From contig CANQMZ010000001.1 in the NCBI GenBank assembly GCA_947625105.1, positions 1 to 45,224 of the forward strand: 45,224 nt of DNA, given 5' to 3'. A program made the translations under genes and the position numbers. This stretch comes from an uncultured Parasutterella sp. (GTDB lineage Bacteria; Pseudomonadota; Gammaproteobacteria; Burkholderiales; Burkholderiaceae_F). Shown in pieces: positions 1 to 10,612 of the stretch (position 1 is the stretch's first letter; each line of letters starts with the position of its first letter). Under the pieces are notes generated by a model. That model worked only from the letters and a program-made list of their open reading frames with translations, had not been told where the DNA came from and made no database searches.

Positions 1-1596
1 GTCGTCCGCACCGGATACGATGAGAACCTTGTTGTGACGAACCATGTTCCTTTGGAATCCCTCAATGATGTCCAAGGCGCTGTTGTCAATGGAAAGTAAC
101 TCGGAGAAATCAAAGATGATTACATCGGGGGAGTCCGCGGCATTGATATGTTTGGGATCGGTAACGAGCTCAAGTTTGGAAACGGAACCGAAGAAAAGTG
201 CTCCTTCCATCATCCATGCTTCAATTCCTTTTGGTGTAGTCTCAGGGAGGTGCAAAGGCAACACCCGGGTAAGTGTGTTCATGCGATAGAGGAAGAACAG
301 TGCCGCCACCAATAAACCAATTTCTACGGCAACCGTCAGATCGAAAATTACTGTCAGGAAAAAGGTGACCAGCAAAGTTGCCTTGTAAGACATTGTAAAT
401 TGGCGCAACCGTACAAACTCATGCCAGTTGCCCATGTTAAAGGCCATGAATAACAGGATGGCAGATAAAGCGCACAATGGCACATTAGCGGCCAGAGGCG
501 CCGCAAGAAGAACGATGATCAGTAGTGTGAGACTGTGGATCATGCCCGCAACTGGGGAAACCGCTCCGCTTTTGATGTTGGTGACTGTTCTTGCGATGGT
601 TCCTGTTGATGGCAGGCAACCAAAGAAAGGAACAATGCAGTTGGCTATGCCTTGTCCCATGAGTTCCTGATTGGGATCATGTCGGTCGTCAATCATGGCA
701 TCGGCTACTCTTGCGCAGAGCAAGGATTCAATGGCACCAAGCAATGCGAGTGTGATAGCAGGTCCTAAAAGCCTTTTTACATTAGCCCACTCGATGGTTG
801 GTACTTCAAATTTCGGAAGGCTTTGAGGAATACCACCGAATTTTGAACCGATGGTCTCAACCGGCAGTTCAAAGAAAGTGACGGCGGCAGTCATCAGGAT
901 CAACACAACGACAGTGCTGGGAATTCTCGCTAACCATCTTCTCCATGGGGCACCGCCGATTGTCCAGGAACGGGGCCAGACGAAGACGATAAACAAAGAT
1001 GCGGCTCCCAAACCTAGGGCGTATGGGTTAATGGTCGTGATGTGTTCGTAAAGAGTCTGTATCTGGTGGAAAAAATCGGCCGGCATTTTATCGATGTTCA
1101 AACCAAGGAAATCCTTGATCTGAGACAGGCCGATAAGTACAGCAATGCCGTTGGTAAAGCCGATAACGATTGAAACCGGGATGAATCGGATGAAGCTTCC
1201 AACCTTGAAGAGCCCCATCAGGAAAAGAAAGATCCCCGAAAAGAATGTGGCAATTAGAAGATTGCCAACGCCGTATTGAGCGATGATGCCGTAGACAATG
1301 ACGATGAAAGCGCCTGCGGGTCCACCGATCTGAACCTTACAGCCGCCCAACAGAGAAATAAGAAAACCCGCAATAATGGCCGTGTAAATACCTGATTCAG
1401 GAGTCATTCCGGAGGCTATGGCGAAAGCCATGGCCAGCGGCAATGCCACCACGCCAACCGTGAGACCGGCAGAAAGATCACTGGTGAATTTTGAAAAGGA
1501 ATAATCCTTTAGTACTGCAAGAGAAGCCGGATGAAACCGGGCTATCGGAAACTTATGCAATGCATCGACAATATGCTGCCTATGTCTGCTACTCAT
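1..1596 (-). CDS. SulP/SLC26 family anion permease with C-terminal STAS domain (3' end runs off the window; missing from the ORF track)
   Basis: Hand translation from ATG at 1596: MSSRHRQ...DLSAGLTVGVVALPLAMAFAIASG...GIYTAIIAG...QIGGPAGAF; later GAIESLLCARVAD, ELMGQGIAN, TGTIARTVTN and STAS-like GALFFGSV. Frame continues to base 1. Confidence 0.93.
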   Translation of the reverse strand, partial: MSSRHRQHIVDALHKFPIARFHPASLAVLKDYSFSKFTSDLSAGLTVGVVALPLAMAFAIASGMTPESGIYTAIIAGFLISLLGGCKVQIGGPAGAFIVIVYGIIAQYGVGNLLIATFFSGIFLFLMGLFKVGSFIRFIPVSIVIGFTNGIAVLIGLSQIKDFLGLNIDKMPADFFHQIQTLYEHITTINPYALGLGAASLFIVFVWPRSWTIGGAPWRRWLARIPSTVVVLILMTAAVTFFELPVETIGSKFGGIPQSLPKFEVPTIEWANVKRLLGPAITLALLGAIESLLCARVADAMIDDRHDPNQELMGQGIANCIVPFFGCLPSTGTIARTVTNIKSGAVSPVAGMIHSLTLLIIVLLAAPLAANVPLCALSAILLFMAFNMGNWHEFVRLRQFTMSYKATLLVTFFLTVIFDLTVAVEIGLLVAALFFLYRMNTLTRVLPLHLPETTPKGIEAWMMEGALFFGSVSKLELVTDPKHINAADSPDVIIFDFSELLSIDNSALDIIEGFQRNMVRHNKVLIVSGADD

Positions 1597-1665
1597 TTTT
1601 TTTTCTGTTCTTCTACTTATTTGAGATTAAAGTAACTAGGAAGTTTATAACCTCAAAGTGACAGA

Positions 1666-1701
1666 AAAATAAAAGCCCCTTAAGCAATATCACTAAGGGG
1701 C
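1666..1701 (-). terminator. Intrinsic terminator after metG
   Basis: GCCCCTTA...TAAGGGGC stem (1675-1701) followed by a T-rich tract on the minus strand. Confidence 0.75.
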
Positions 1702-1718
1702 GCGGGATAAGGGTATGC

Positions 1719-3821
1719 CTAGTGGAGTTTCATCCCCGGTTTGGCTCCTTTTCCGGGTTCAAGGATAAACAGACCGGCTCCGTGGTTATCCGAGCCATCG
1801 GAAGCCGATAGCAACATCCCCTCTGAGAAGCTCCCCATCATTTTCCTCGGCTCCAAGTTGGCTACGATTACGGTCAACTTGCCGATGAGATCTTCCGGTT
1901 TGTAGAAGGTTGCAATGCCGGAGAAAATATTTCGAGTTTTTCCTTCTCCCATATCGACTGTCAATTGAAGCAGTTTTCTGCTTTTTTCGACCTTTTTGCA
2001 GTCAATGATTTTCGCTACTCTCATGTCTACCTTGGAAAAGTCATCGAAGCTGATATTGGGAGCTACAGGTTCAAAAACCATTTCGGTGTTTTCAGGCTTC
2101 TCAGTATCCTTTTCTTTGTCAGGTTGGATGGGTTTACTTTTTTCAGCGCTGATGGCATAGAGTTGATCAAGCTGTTCCTGTGTGACACGAGCCATCAAAT
2201 GCTTGAATGGCAAAACCGTGGTGGAGCTGTCAAGGGATCTATCAACCCCACTCCAATTAAGTTCTCCGCAGCCGAGGAATTCCTCAACTCTTTGAGCTGT
2301 TCTTGGAAGGACAGGTTTCAGGTAAAGCGTAAGCAGTCTGAAAGCCTCAAGCGCAATGGAACAAACATTTTGAAGTTTTACTTCGGAGCCTTCCTGTTTA
2401 GCTAAATCCCAAGGTTTTTCTTCATCAATGTACTCATTGGTTTTATCTGTCAGCTCGATAACCTTACGAAGCGCTTTTCCATATTCTCGTCCGTTGTAAC
2501 ACTCTTGGATATAAGGAGCTTGTTTTTTGATTTCACCGATCAGAGCGCTTTCGTTAATCGCCGACCCACTGACCTTACCGCCAAAGCGTTTGACGAGGAA
2601 ACCGGCTGCACGGCTTGCGATATTGACGTATTTGCCAACTAGATCTGAGTTGATTCTTTGCAAAAAGTCAGACTTGGTAAAGTCAAGGTCTTCCACATTT
2701 GAATTCATCTTGAAAGCAAAGTAATAGCGAAGCCATTCGGGATCCATCTTTAGATCTACATAAACCAATGGATCAAGAATGTGACCTCGGCTCTTACTCA
2801 TCTTTCGTCCGTCAAGGGTGACAAAGCCATGAACCCAAACATGTTCCGGAGTTCTGAAAGGCTTGCCGGTAAATTTCAACATGGCAGGCCAAAACAGCGT
2901 ATGGAAATAGACGATATCCTTGCCAATGATATGGATTTGTTCTGTGGTAGCAGATTCCAACAAGGCGGTGAAATCTATATTTTTCTTCTCGCAATAAGAC
3001 ATCAGGCTAGCAAGGTAACCGATCGGAGCGTCAAGCCAAACGTAAAAATATTTACCGGGCTCATCAGGAATTTCAATGCCAAAATAAGGAGCATCCCTAG
3101 AGATGTCCCAGTCATTAAGTTGACTGTCTTCGCTTAGCCATTCGTCTGTTTTGGCGATCACCTCGGGTTGTAGGTGAGGAGTGCCATCACCGGCTTTACC
3201 AACAGTCCATTTTCTGAGGAATTCAACACATGCGGGGTCGGAAAGCTTGAAGAAGAAATGTTTTGACTTCTTGAGAACAGGCTTAGTTCCCGACAGCGCA
3301 GAATAAGGATTGATTAGCTCGGTAGGCAGGTAGACAGCACCACACTTTTCACAGGAGTCTCCATACTGATCCTCGGCGCCACACTTGGGGCAGGTGCCCT
3401 TGATAAAGCGGTCAGCCAAGAACATGTTTTGAACGGGGTCGTAGAACTGTTCGATTTCCTTTGTGTAAATCAGCCCTGCTTTTTTCAGGCGACGGTAAAA
3501 CTCCTGAGAAAGCTTGATATTTTCCTTACTGTCTGTAGAGTGCCAGTGATCAAATTTAATAAGAAAAGCGTCCAAATATTGTGAGCGTCCCGCAGAGATT
3601 TTCGCAACGTACTCCTGAGGAGTAACACCTTGCTTTTGAGCTGAAATCATGATCGGAGCACCATGGGCATCGTCTGCGCCGACAAAATGCACGGTATTAC
3701 CGCTCATGCGCTGGTGGCGAGACCAAATGTCGGCTTGGATATATTCCATGATGTGGCCAAGATGGAAATTGCCATTGGCATAAGGAAGGGCCGTTGTTAA
3801 AAATATGGTGCGTTTGCTCAT
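1719..3821 (-). CDS. metG: Methionine--tRNA ligase
   Basis: PYANG..HLGH and KMSKS motifs, CPKC/CEKC zinc knuckles, C-terminal tRNA-binding OB domain. Confidence 0.98.
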   Translation of the reverse strand: MSKRTIFLTTALPYANGNFHLGHIMEYIQADIWSRHQRMSGNTVHFVGADDAHGAPIMISAQKQGVTPQEYVAKISAGRSQYLDAFLIKFDHWHSTDSKENIKLSQEFYRRLKKAGLIYTKEIEQFYDPVQNMFLADRFIKGTCPKCGAEDQYGDSCEKCGAVYLPTELINPYSALSGTKPVLKKSKHFFFKLSDPACVEFLRKWTVGKAGDGTPHLQPEVIAKTDEWLSEDSQLNDWDISRDAPYFGIEIPDEPGKYFYVWLDAPIGYLASLMSYCEKKNIDFTALLESATTEQIHIIGKDIVYFHTLFWPAMLKFTGKPFRTPEHVWVHGFVTLDGRKMSKSRGHILDPLVYVDLKMDPEWLRYYFAFKMNSNVEDLDFTKSDFLQRINSDLVGKYVNIASRAAGFLVKRFGGKVSGSAINESALIGEIKKQAPYIQECYNGREYGKALRKVIELTDKTNEYIDEEKPWDLAKQEGSEVKLQNVCSIALEAFRLLTLYLKPVLPRTAQRVEEFLGCGELNWSGVDRSLDSSTTVLPFKHLMARVTQEQLDQLYAISAEKSKPIQPDKEKDTEKPENTEMVFEPVAPNISFDDFSKVDMRVAKIIDCKKVEKSRKLLQLTVDMGEGKTRNIFSGIATFYKPEDLIGKLTVIVANLEPRKMMGSFSEGMLLSASDGSDNHGAGLFILEPGKGAKPGMKLH

Positions 3822-3993
3822 GTTTTACAATCCTTGGTAAGAACGAAAAGGGATTTTAACCCAATGGATGTTGGAGGCAGACCAAGCAGTTCAGAAAAAG
3901 ACGGCAACCTGCCGAACCGCAATTTGCCCTTAAGGTAACTATGGTAGCTTAGGAAACAACAAACATTAAATTGCAATTTGGTTTTGGAGAATT

Positions 3994-5070
3994 TTGATGC
4001 AGGATAAAATTCGTGAGGTGTTGAGGTCGGTTATAGACCCCAATACCGGAAAAGATCTTGTGAGTTCAAGATCACTCAAAGACATAAAAATAGAGTCCGA
4101 AAAGCCGGAAATTATTATTGAGTTGGACTACCCGGCTAAGACTCAGGGCCCCATCATTAAAACTCTTGTGGAGGAAAAGCTTAAAGAAGCTGGCATTGAC
4201 GCAGATGTTTCAGTCAAACAAAACATCATCGCCCATCAAGTGCAAAGAGGAGTCAAACTCATCGATTCGGTTCATAACGTGATAGCCGTTTCCAGTGGTA
4301 AAGGAGGAGTGGGCAAAAGTACGGTTGCCGCAAATATCGCATTAGCCTTGTTAGCCGAAGGAGCTAGGGTAGGACTTCTTGATGCCGATATCTATGGTCC
4401 TAGCCAGCCGACAATGCTTGGTTTTGATAAACCGCCAATGAGCAAAGACGGAAAAACAATGGAACCTATTGAAAGTCATGGTCTTCAAGTCAATTCCATC
4501 GGTGTTCTCGTTGATCCTGATCAACCAATGATATGGCGCGGCCCGCTAGCGGTTTCAGCATTGCAACAGTTGCTGAAACAGACAAATTGGAAAGATTTGG
4601 ATTACCTGATTGTTGATATGCCTCCGGGAACTGGGGATATACAACTTTCTTTGGCCCAGGAGGTTCCTGTGACCGGCGCAGTGGTGGTAACTACCCCACA
4701 AGACATCGCACTGATGGATGCGCGAAAAGGTTTAGTCATGTTTGAAAAGGTTAACGTGCCAATCTTAGGCATCATTGAAAACATGGCAACCCATATATGC
4801 TCGCATTGCGGTTTTGAGGAGCACATTTTTGGGGAGGGAGGTGCTGAGAAAATTGCAAAGCAATATGGCGTTGAGCTTTTAGGCGAGCTCCCCCTTGATA
4901 TCGCTATTCGTGAGAGTATGGACAACGGTGATCCTATCGTCGCCTCTCAACCTGAAAGCCGTGTAGCCGGTATATACAGAGACATTGCTAGAAAACTTGC
5001 TTTGGCTGTTGCTCGGCAGAACAAGGATTATTCTGCCAAGATGCCGTCCATAAAGGTGACAAACTCCTAG
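3994..5070 (+). CDS. apbC: Mrp/ApbC iron-sulfur cluster carrier ATPase (start TTG 3994 or ATG 3997)
   Basis: SGKGGVGKST, DADIYGPS, DMPPGTGD, ENM..CSHC motifs; divergent from metG. Confidence 0.95.
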   Translation: MMQDKIREVLRSVIDPNTGKDLVSSRSLKDIKIESEKPEIIIELDYPAKTQGPIIKTLVEEKLKEAGIDADVSVKQNIIAHQVQRGVKLIDSVHNVIAVSSGKGGVGKSTVAANIALALLAEGARVGLLDADIYGPSQPTMLGFDKPPMSKDGKTMEPIESHGLQVNSIGVLVDPDQPMIWRGPLAVSALQQLLKQTNWKDLDYLIVDMPPGTGDIQLSLAQEVPVTGAVVVTTPQDIALMDARKGLVMFEKVNVPILGIIENMATHICSHCGFEEHIFGEGGAEKIAKQYGVELLGELPLDIAIRESMDNGDPIVASQPESRVAGIYRDIARKLALAVARQNKDYSAKMPSIKVTNS

Positions 5071-5133
5071 TCCAAACGAGGGACTATTGAGCGGGTTACC
5101 GGAAGGTTGTCCAAAACCCTATCGATAAAAAAT

Positions 5134-5172
5134 AAAGGGGTGCTGCCGGAATTGGCAAGCATCCCTTTTTTA
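5134..5172. terminator. Bidirectional intrinsic terminator between convergent apbC and the reductase gene
   Basis: AAAGGGGTGCTGCC...GGCAAGCATCCCTTTTTT hairpin flanked by A and T tracts. Confidence 0.75.
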
Positions 5173-5185
5173 TACCGCTAATGTA

Positions 5186-6250
5186 TTAGTCGAATTTTGG
5201 CGTTTCGACACCAAGTACTTTATGCAGCTTCGGACTGGTTGTCGTGTACTGCAGCAAGACCCGTTTTTCTGGGAACACGTAATCGGCAGCTGCGAATGCA
5301 GCTAAAGCACATTCGTGGAAGCCGGAAAGAATTAACTTCTTTTTGCCGGGGTATATGTTGATGTCACCGACGGCGAAAACTCCGGGGATATTGGTTTCAA
5401 ATCGTGCCGTATCTACTACGATCTGCTTCCTTTCTAAAGTTAATCCCCAATCGGCAATTGGTCCTAGTTTTGGCTGCAACCCGAAAAAGACAAGCAAGTG
5501 ATCCATAGGGATTCGCCGGGTAACTCCATCGGAACCGGTAACCTTGACCTCAACCATGACGCCGTCTCTTTCTTCGAACCCCGTGACATTGCCCACTTCA
5601 AACTGCATCTGCCAGTCTTCACAAAGTTTTTTCATTTTGGCAACAGAAGCGGGGGCGGCGCGGAAGCCGTCTCTCCTATGGACAAGAACCACACTTTCAG
5701 CTTTATCCACCAAATTCAGACACCAATCCAAGGCAGAGTCACCGCCTCCGCAGATCACAAGATTTTTTCCTTCAAACTTGCTCGGATCCTTTACTCGGTA
5801 GTGCAACTGCGAGTTTTCGAATTTTTCTATGCCAGGCACCTTCAGCGTTCTCGACTGAAAGCTTCCGACGCCGGCGGCGATGAAAACAGCTTTGGCTATA
5901 AATTCAGTTCCCTTGGAGGTTTTCAGGTAGAGCCTACCGTCATCAAGCTTTTTGAGGACTTGAGCCTCTTCTCCGTAGTGGAAGACAGGCTTGAACGGGG
6001 AATTTTGTTTTAGCAGATTTTCCGTTAATTCCTGGGCCGAACAGACCGGAACAGAAGGGATGTCATAAATCGGTTTATCGGGATAAAGCTCAACGCACTG
6101 GCCTCCAGGATGATTCAAGGAGTCCAAAACGTGGGCCTTGATTTCCAACAGGCCAAGCTCAAAGACCTGAAATAACCCGACGGGACCGGCTCCGACAATA
6201 ACGGCATCGGTCTCTATAGGCTGGTTTGTATTTTGGATGTTTTCTGTCAA
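5186..6250 (-). CDS. TrxB-type (YumC-like) ferredoxin--NADP(+) reductase; probable start TTG 6250 (ORF track extends to 6322)
   Basis: GAGPVG FAD motif, [28 protein letters not shown] motif, FAVGD, no CxxC disulfide. Confidence 0.85.
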   Translation of the reverse strand: MTENIQNTNQPIETDAVIVGAGPVGLFQVFELGLLEIKAHVLDSLNHPGGQCVELYPDKPIYDIPSVPVCSAQELTENLLKQNSPFKPVFHYGEEAQVLKKLDDGRLYLKTSKGTEFIAKAVFIAAGVGSFQSRTLKVPGIEKFENSQLHYRVKDPSKFEGKNLVICGGGDSALDWCLNLVDKAESVVLVHRRDGFRAAPASVAKMKKLCEDWQMQFEVGNVTGFEERDGVMVEVKVTGSDGVTRRIPMDHLLVFFGLQPKLGPIADWGLTLERKQIVVDTARFETNIPGVFAVGDINIYPGKKKLILSGFHECALAAFAAADYVFPEKRVLLQYTTTSPKLHKVLGVETPKFD

Positions 6251-6335
6251 TTCTGAACCAACTAAGTAAGTGATGTAGGGGCTAATTATCCAACAAAAGT
6301 CAGAGGCGTTCTCAATCGACAATAGCGATTAGAAC

Positions 6336-7820
6336 CTATTTTTCAAATTTTTTGTCAAGCTCGACATCAAGCCGGAGCTGTCGAAGTCGTGCATCAATTT
6401 CACTCATTGTGTAGAAATCACCGTCATTTGCTTTCTGAGCCATCATAAATTGCTGTATGGCTCCCTCTTTGTAGCCTTGCAAGGCGTACATTTCTCCGAT
6501 GGCCTGATGGCTGAGGCTCTTCTTGCCAAGCGCCTCGTAAGCTTGCCCTAGGATGGATTGGTAGGGAACCGTCAACTTGGAGAGTGCATGCTGTTTACGA
6601 AGCAGTGAGACAACCTGCTCGTACTTCTTGGATCTAAGAAGCAAATCGGCATAGTTGAGCAATAACAATCTGGAGAGCGGACTTTGATCAAAAGCCTGTT
6701 TAGCCAGCTGGAGGCCTTTTTCCCTACTTCCCGAATTAAATACGAGCTCTGAATAAAGTTTGTTGATGATCACAGACCTGCTACCTGCCATCTGCCTGCA
6801 GATTTCGACCTGCTTTAATGCCTCGGTTGGGTTTTTCATCTTAAGCGCGGCAACAGCCAGACCATAGTGTGCCCCTATGGCAGCATAACCGTGGGCGGTT
6901 TTCAGTTCTTCCTTGAAGTAAGAGACTGCATCAGCCCATCCCTGATATCTCGAGGATTCAAGAACCCTGAGTCGTGCCCGGATCAGGTAAAAATCCAAAG
7001 AATCTTTGTAATTGGATTTTTTAGCCAAGCGGCTTCGGTTTTGGGCATCACTAATACGCTCGACGGTCATCGGGTGTGTCCTTAGATAAGCAGGCGCGGC
7101 ATGCGCCCCCTCGTAGGCCCGATTAGAAAAATCCAACCGTTTGAAGAACTCTTCCATTCCTCTGGGGTCAAAGCCGGCTTTCACCAAACTTTGGTAGCCG
7201 ACTCGGTCAGCTTCGCGCTCAGCATCTCGTGAAAAAGAAAGATAATTCTGGGCCATTGCGGCTTGTGCGCCGACCACTGCCGCGGCGGCTCCATCTCCGG
7301 AACCGGCCCGAGCGGCAAGTATGGCTACCAGTAGAGAGCCAAGCGTCATGGCCAGACTGCCTTTCTGATTCTCAATCATTCGGGCGACATGCCTTTGTTG
7401 AACATGGCCGACTTCGTGACCAATCACCGAGGCAAGCTCACTTTCAGAGCTGGCAGCTTTGACCAGCCCGGTGTGTACGGCAATAAAACCACCGGGTAAA
7501 GCAAATGCGTTAATTGAGGGATCTCTGATCGGGAAAAATTCGTAGTTGTAACTGCTTGATGGTCCCGCCGACACCAGTTTGTATCCAAGTCGATTTAGGT
7601 ACTCGGTCGTTTCAGGATCGGACAGGTAGGTGGGATCACTTCTTACTTCTTGCATGATGTGCTCGCCAAGTTGCCTTTCTTCAAGGATGGACAGGGAAGC
7701 CCCTCCTGCCGCTCCTAGGCTAGGCAAGTTGTAACCTTGAGCCAGCGACTCGGAGACGGGCTCAAGCAGAAGAGCCGCGCTCAAGAGGTAGGCAAGAGTT
7801 TTTTTTGCGATAAACATCAA
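6336..7820 (-). CDS. bepA: M48 family periplasmic metalloprotease with TPR-like C-terminus (BepA/YfgC)
   Basis: Signal peptide, INAFALPGG, HEVGH zinc motif, EREAD, YLRTHP. Confidence 0.88.
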   Translation of the reverse strand: MMFIAKKTLAYLLSAALLLEPVSESLAQGYNLPSLGAAGGASLSILEERQLGEHIMQEVRSDPTYLSDPETTEYLNRLGYKLVSAGPSSSYNYEFFPIRDPSINAFALPGGFIAVHTGLVKAASSESELASVIGHEVGHVQQRHVARMIENQKGSLAMTLGSLLVAILAARAGSGDGAAAAVVGAQAAMAQNYLSFSRDAEREADRVGYQSLVKAGFDPRGMEEFFKRLDFSNRAYEGAHAAPAYLRTHPMTVERISDAQNRSRLAKKSNYKDSLDFYLIRARLRVLESSRYQGWADAVSYFKEELKTAHGYAAIGAHYGLAVAALKMKNPTEALKQVEICRQMAGSRSVIINKLYSELVFNSGSREKGLQLAKQAFDQSPLSRLLLLNYADLLLRSKKYEQVVSLLRKQHALSKLTVPYQSILGQAYEALGKKSLSHQAIGEMYALQGYKEGAIQQFMMAQKANDGDFYTMSEIDARLRQLRLDVELDKKFEK

Positions 7821-7915
7821 ATCTCCGATCTCGTTATAGGAATCATCATAAAATCTTTAATGTCCAATATACCAGTACTGTAAAAAATTACTGTAACTAA
7901 TTTTTATCGAAAAAT

Positions 7916-8395
7916 ATGTCGGAACTCACGCACTTCAACAAATCGGGTAATGCTCACATGGTGGATATCTCTGAAAAGGACGTTACTCATAGGGTAGCGG
8001 TGGCCGAAGGGCTAATCACCATGAAGAAAGAAACTTTCTCTTTGGTTGAGCAAGGTACGGCAAAAAAGGGGGATGTCATTGGGATCGCCCGAGTTGCTGC
8101 CATCATGGCCTCTAAGAAAACACCGGAGCTTATTCCGTTATGCCATCCAATAGCGCTTACCCGGGTGAATGTTGATTTTGAGCTTTTGGCGGATCGATCT
8201 CAGGTGCGCTGTGTCGCCACGTGCGAAACCACCGGCAAAACAGGGGTTGAAATGGAGGCGCTTACCGCAGTCGAGGTTGGTTTGTTGACCATCTACGATA
8301 TGCTGAAAGCCGTTGACAGAGGCATGGTGATTTCCGACATACGTCTCCTAGAGAAACTTGGCGGTAAAAGCGGTCATTGGCAAGCAGCCCAGTAA
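7916..8395 (+). CDS. moaC: Cyclic pyranopterin monophosphate synthase MoaC
   Basis: [35 protein letters not shown] motifs. Confidence 0.97.
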   Translation: MSELTHFNKSGNAHMVDISEKDVTHRVAVAEGLITMKKETFSLVEQGTAKKGDVIGIARVAAIMASKKTPELIPLCHPIALTRVNVDFELLADRSQVRCVATCETTGKTGVEMEALTAVEVGLLTIYDMLKAVDRGMVISDIRLLEKLGGKSGHWQAAQ

Positions 8396-8413
8396 CGCTT
8401 TCATGAATACGGA

Positions 8414-8434
8414 AAGCGGCCACGAAGGCCGCTT
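8414..8434. terminator. Hairpin terminator between convergent moaC and the response regulator
   Basis: Perfect stem AAGCGGCC-acgaa-GGCCGCTT. Confidence 0.6.
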
Positions 8435-8455
8435 GTAAGGTCTTTATTTTTAAGT

Positions 8456-9160
8456 CTAATCGTTCAAGATTCCCTGACGACTGGCTTCGTAGACAGCTTC
8501 TCCGCGAGAATGAACCTTCAGCTTGCGATATATCTTTTTGATATGAGCTGTTACCGTATGGCATGAAATGCCCAAGTAGGTTCCAATATCCTGGAAACTA
8601 AGACCCCGTGCAAGAAGGTGCAGGATCTCGGTTTCTCTGGGGGATAGGGGATTTTTACCTGCTGGATCCTCGAGCTCGGATCTATAGGGGTTGACTGGTT
8701 GCTTTTTACGATAGAGCGCGAGGATTACCATACGGGCAACCGAGGGACTGATCGGACTGCCTCCGGAGATGATCATTCGTATGAAATTGCCAATTTCAGA
8801 CAGATCGCTTTCCCCTTTGAGGATAAAGCCCACCGCACCGTTTTCTATCGCTCTGCTAACGGTGGCTTGTGTCGCCGTGTCAGTAATAACAGCGCAGTTC
8901 GGCACGTTATGTTCCTTGATCGCCTTACGGATCAGATCGATTCCATTGCCATCCGGAAGTTCAATTTCGGTGAAAAGAATGTCGCACTCGGTCTGTGACA
9001 ACAAAGACAGAGCTGAGCCCATACTCGAACAGATGCCAATAAGCCTGAAGTCCGGGTCATGAATAAGCCGTTGTCGATAGATCTTTTGGACATCAAGATC
9101 GGGTTCGACAATTAGTACTGCTATCTCTTTATCTGTCAAATCTGTCTCCAAGGTTAACAA
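8456..9160 (-). CDS. Orphan NarL/LuxR-family response regulator with atypical receiver (phosphoacceptor Asp replaced by Glu)
   Basis: Receiver fold (VLIVEPD, DILFTEIELPDGNG, GFILKG) plus LuxR HTH (LSPRETEIL..LARG...TV.AHIKKIYRKL). Confidence 0.9.
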   Translation of the reverse strand: MLTLETDLTDKEIAVLIVEPDLDVQKIYRQRLIHDPDFRLIGICSSMGSALSLLSQTECDILFTEIELPDGNGIDLIRKAIKEHNVPNCAVITDTATQATVSRAIENGAVGFILKGESDLSEIGNFIRMIISGGSPISPSVARMVILALYRKKQPVNPYRSELEDPAGKNPLSPRETEILHLLARGLSFQDIGTYLGISCHTVTAHIKKIYRKLKVHSRGEAVYEASRQGILND

Positions 9161-9325
9161 CGATCACCTTGTAAAAAACAACCTACCAAACATATTGTCC
9201 AAAGGACAACATGAACAAGAAAGTTTCCACTCTCTACACCTATTGTATAGACGGATTGAATAAATAGCTATTAGTACTTTACTTATTTCTATCGGGATAG
9301 AAAATAACTGCATGAAACATGGAAA

Positions 9326-10564
9326 CTATTTAATTTCCTCATTCTCTCGCTTTTCAAATTTCCGCTCGACTCCTACATTCTCCTTGAGAATGATGTCGTC
9401 AACGTGGTGCTTACGATTGGACTGTTTGACAAAAAAACCACCGCCAACCATTGTACCGCCGAGCGTCCAGAATGCCGCCGCAGCGCCTACCACAGAACCT
9501 CCGAAACCGAACAAAAGCGGAAGGGCGGTATGGCTCAGATTCATGAGCATTGTTCTGATACCAATGGCCTCTCCGACTCGCCCGTCAGGAGTTTCCTGGT
9601 GAAGCAAAGACATGACGTTGGGTTGTGAGGCTCCTAGCGATGCTCCGAGCCAGCCACAGAATACAAACAAAAGGAACAGATTGGTGACAAAGGGGAAAAT
9701 GAGATAAGTGATGCCGGCGGAAATCAGAACAAAGATGATGATCGTCCATTCCCTGAAAAGGTTGGAAATAAACGGCATAAAAGCTCTGACCGCAAAGGTG
9801 CAAATGGAGAAGGTACTAAGCAACCAGCCAATTGCCACTGCATCTAGTCCGATTTCCGTGCCGTAGACCGGGATCATGAAAGCTTGCAGGTCCCATGCCA
9901 TAGATACTAAGGCGGAGGCGATCAAAATATTTCTGACAATCGGGTGGGCAAAGAGCTCAAAGGCGCTGTGTTTCTCAGCGTTCTTAAAACGCGCGTTGCT
10001 GCAACGGTTGGGAAGCCCTCCGGTAAAGATCAAAAAGACGAGACCGCCAACGACAGCAAAGGCCAAAGCGGCGGCATAAGCCATCGAGTAGCCGCCGTGG
10101 TCAATCAAATAACCTGCGATGACCGGACCGGCTGAACCGGACAGGGAAAAAGCAATGGATTGGTAGGTGAAGGCGGTAGCGCGGTTTTTATTATTGGAAA
10201 GGTACCCGATCAGTCCCTGGCCGCTGATTAGAGCAAAAAGAAAGCCTGTGCCGGCAAGTAAACAAAGCGGATAAACGGGCCACACTCCGGCGGTGGTGTA
10301 CGGCAGCAGAATAGGAAAGAGACACGCTGCCGCAATCATGACCACGGAAATAAAGAAAGGAAGCCGGATTCCGACCTTGTCAATCCACTTGCCTATGTGA
10401 ATGGAAATCAAAGCCGGGAGGAATGCGTACAGCGACAGAATCACACCAACCATCCAAGATGGTTGTTTGTAGTGAAGGACGTAAAGCGTGGTGATTACAC
10501 GGGATGAAGAGAAACCGCAATGAATCAGCCCCATGAAAAGGACCACTTTTAAAACATCGCGCAT
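9326..10564 (-). CDS. MFS transporter (start ATG 10564; ORF track uses TTG 10576)
   Basis: About 12 hydrophobic segments; motif A GKWIDKVGIR; ETPDGRVGEA. Confidence 0.88.
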   Translation of the reverse strand: MRDVLKVVLFMGLIHCGFSSSRVITTLYVLHYKQPSWMVGVILSLYAFLPALISIHIGKWIDKVGIRLPFFISVVMIAAACLFPILLPYTTAGVWPVYPLCLLAGTGFLFALISGQGLIGYLSNNKNRATAFTYQSIAFSLSGSAGPVIAGYLIDHGGYSMAYAAALAFAVVGGLVFLIFTGGLPNRCSNARFKNAEKHSAFELFAHPIVRNILIASALVSMAWDLQAFMIPVYGTEIGLDAVAIGWLLSTFSICTFAVRAFMPFISNLFREWTIIIFVLISAGITYLIFPFVTNLFLLFVFCGWLGASLGASQPNVMSLLHQETPDGRVGEAIGIRTMLMNLSHTALPLLFGFGGSVVGAAAAFWTLGGTMVGGGFFVKQSNRKHHVDDIILKENVGVERKFEKRENEEIK

Positions 10565-10573
10565 GTCCGATTC

Positions 10574-10601
10574 CAAAAAGGGGAACGTTTTGCGTTCCCC
10601 T
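10574..10601 (-). terminator. Intrinsic terminator between usp and the MFS gene
   Basis: Minus strand AGGGGAACG-caaaa-CGTTCCCCT followed by TTTT. Confidence 0.65.
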
Positions 10602-10612
10602 CTAAATGATTA

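Noticed and set aside
44-1051. Three short plus-strand ORFs
   Set aside because: Antisense to the SulP gene, which the ORF track missed because its stop lies outside the window
7876-7895. LexA-box-like TACTGTAAAAAATTACTGTA upstream of moaC/bepA
   Set aside because: The right half is CTG rather than the essential CAG, so it is a TACTGTAA direct repeat; the flanking genes are not SOS genes
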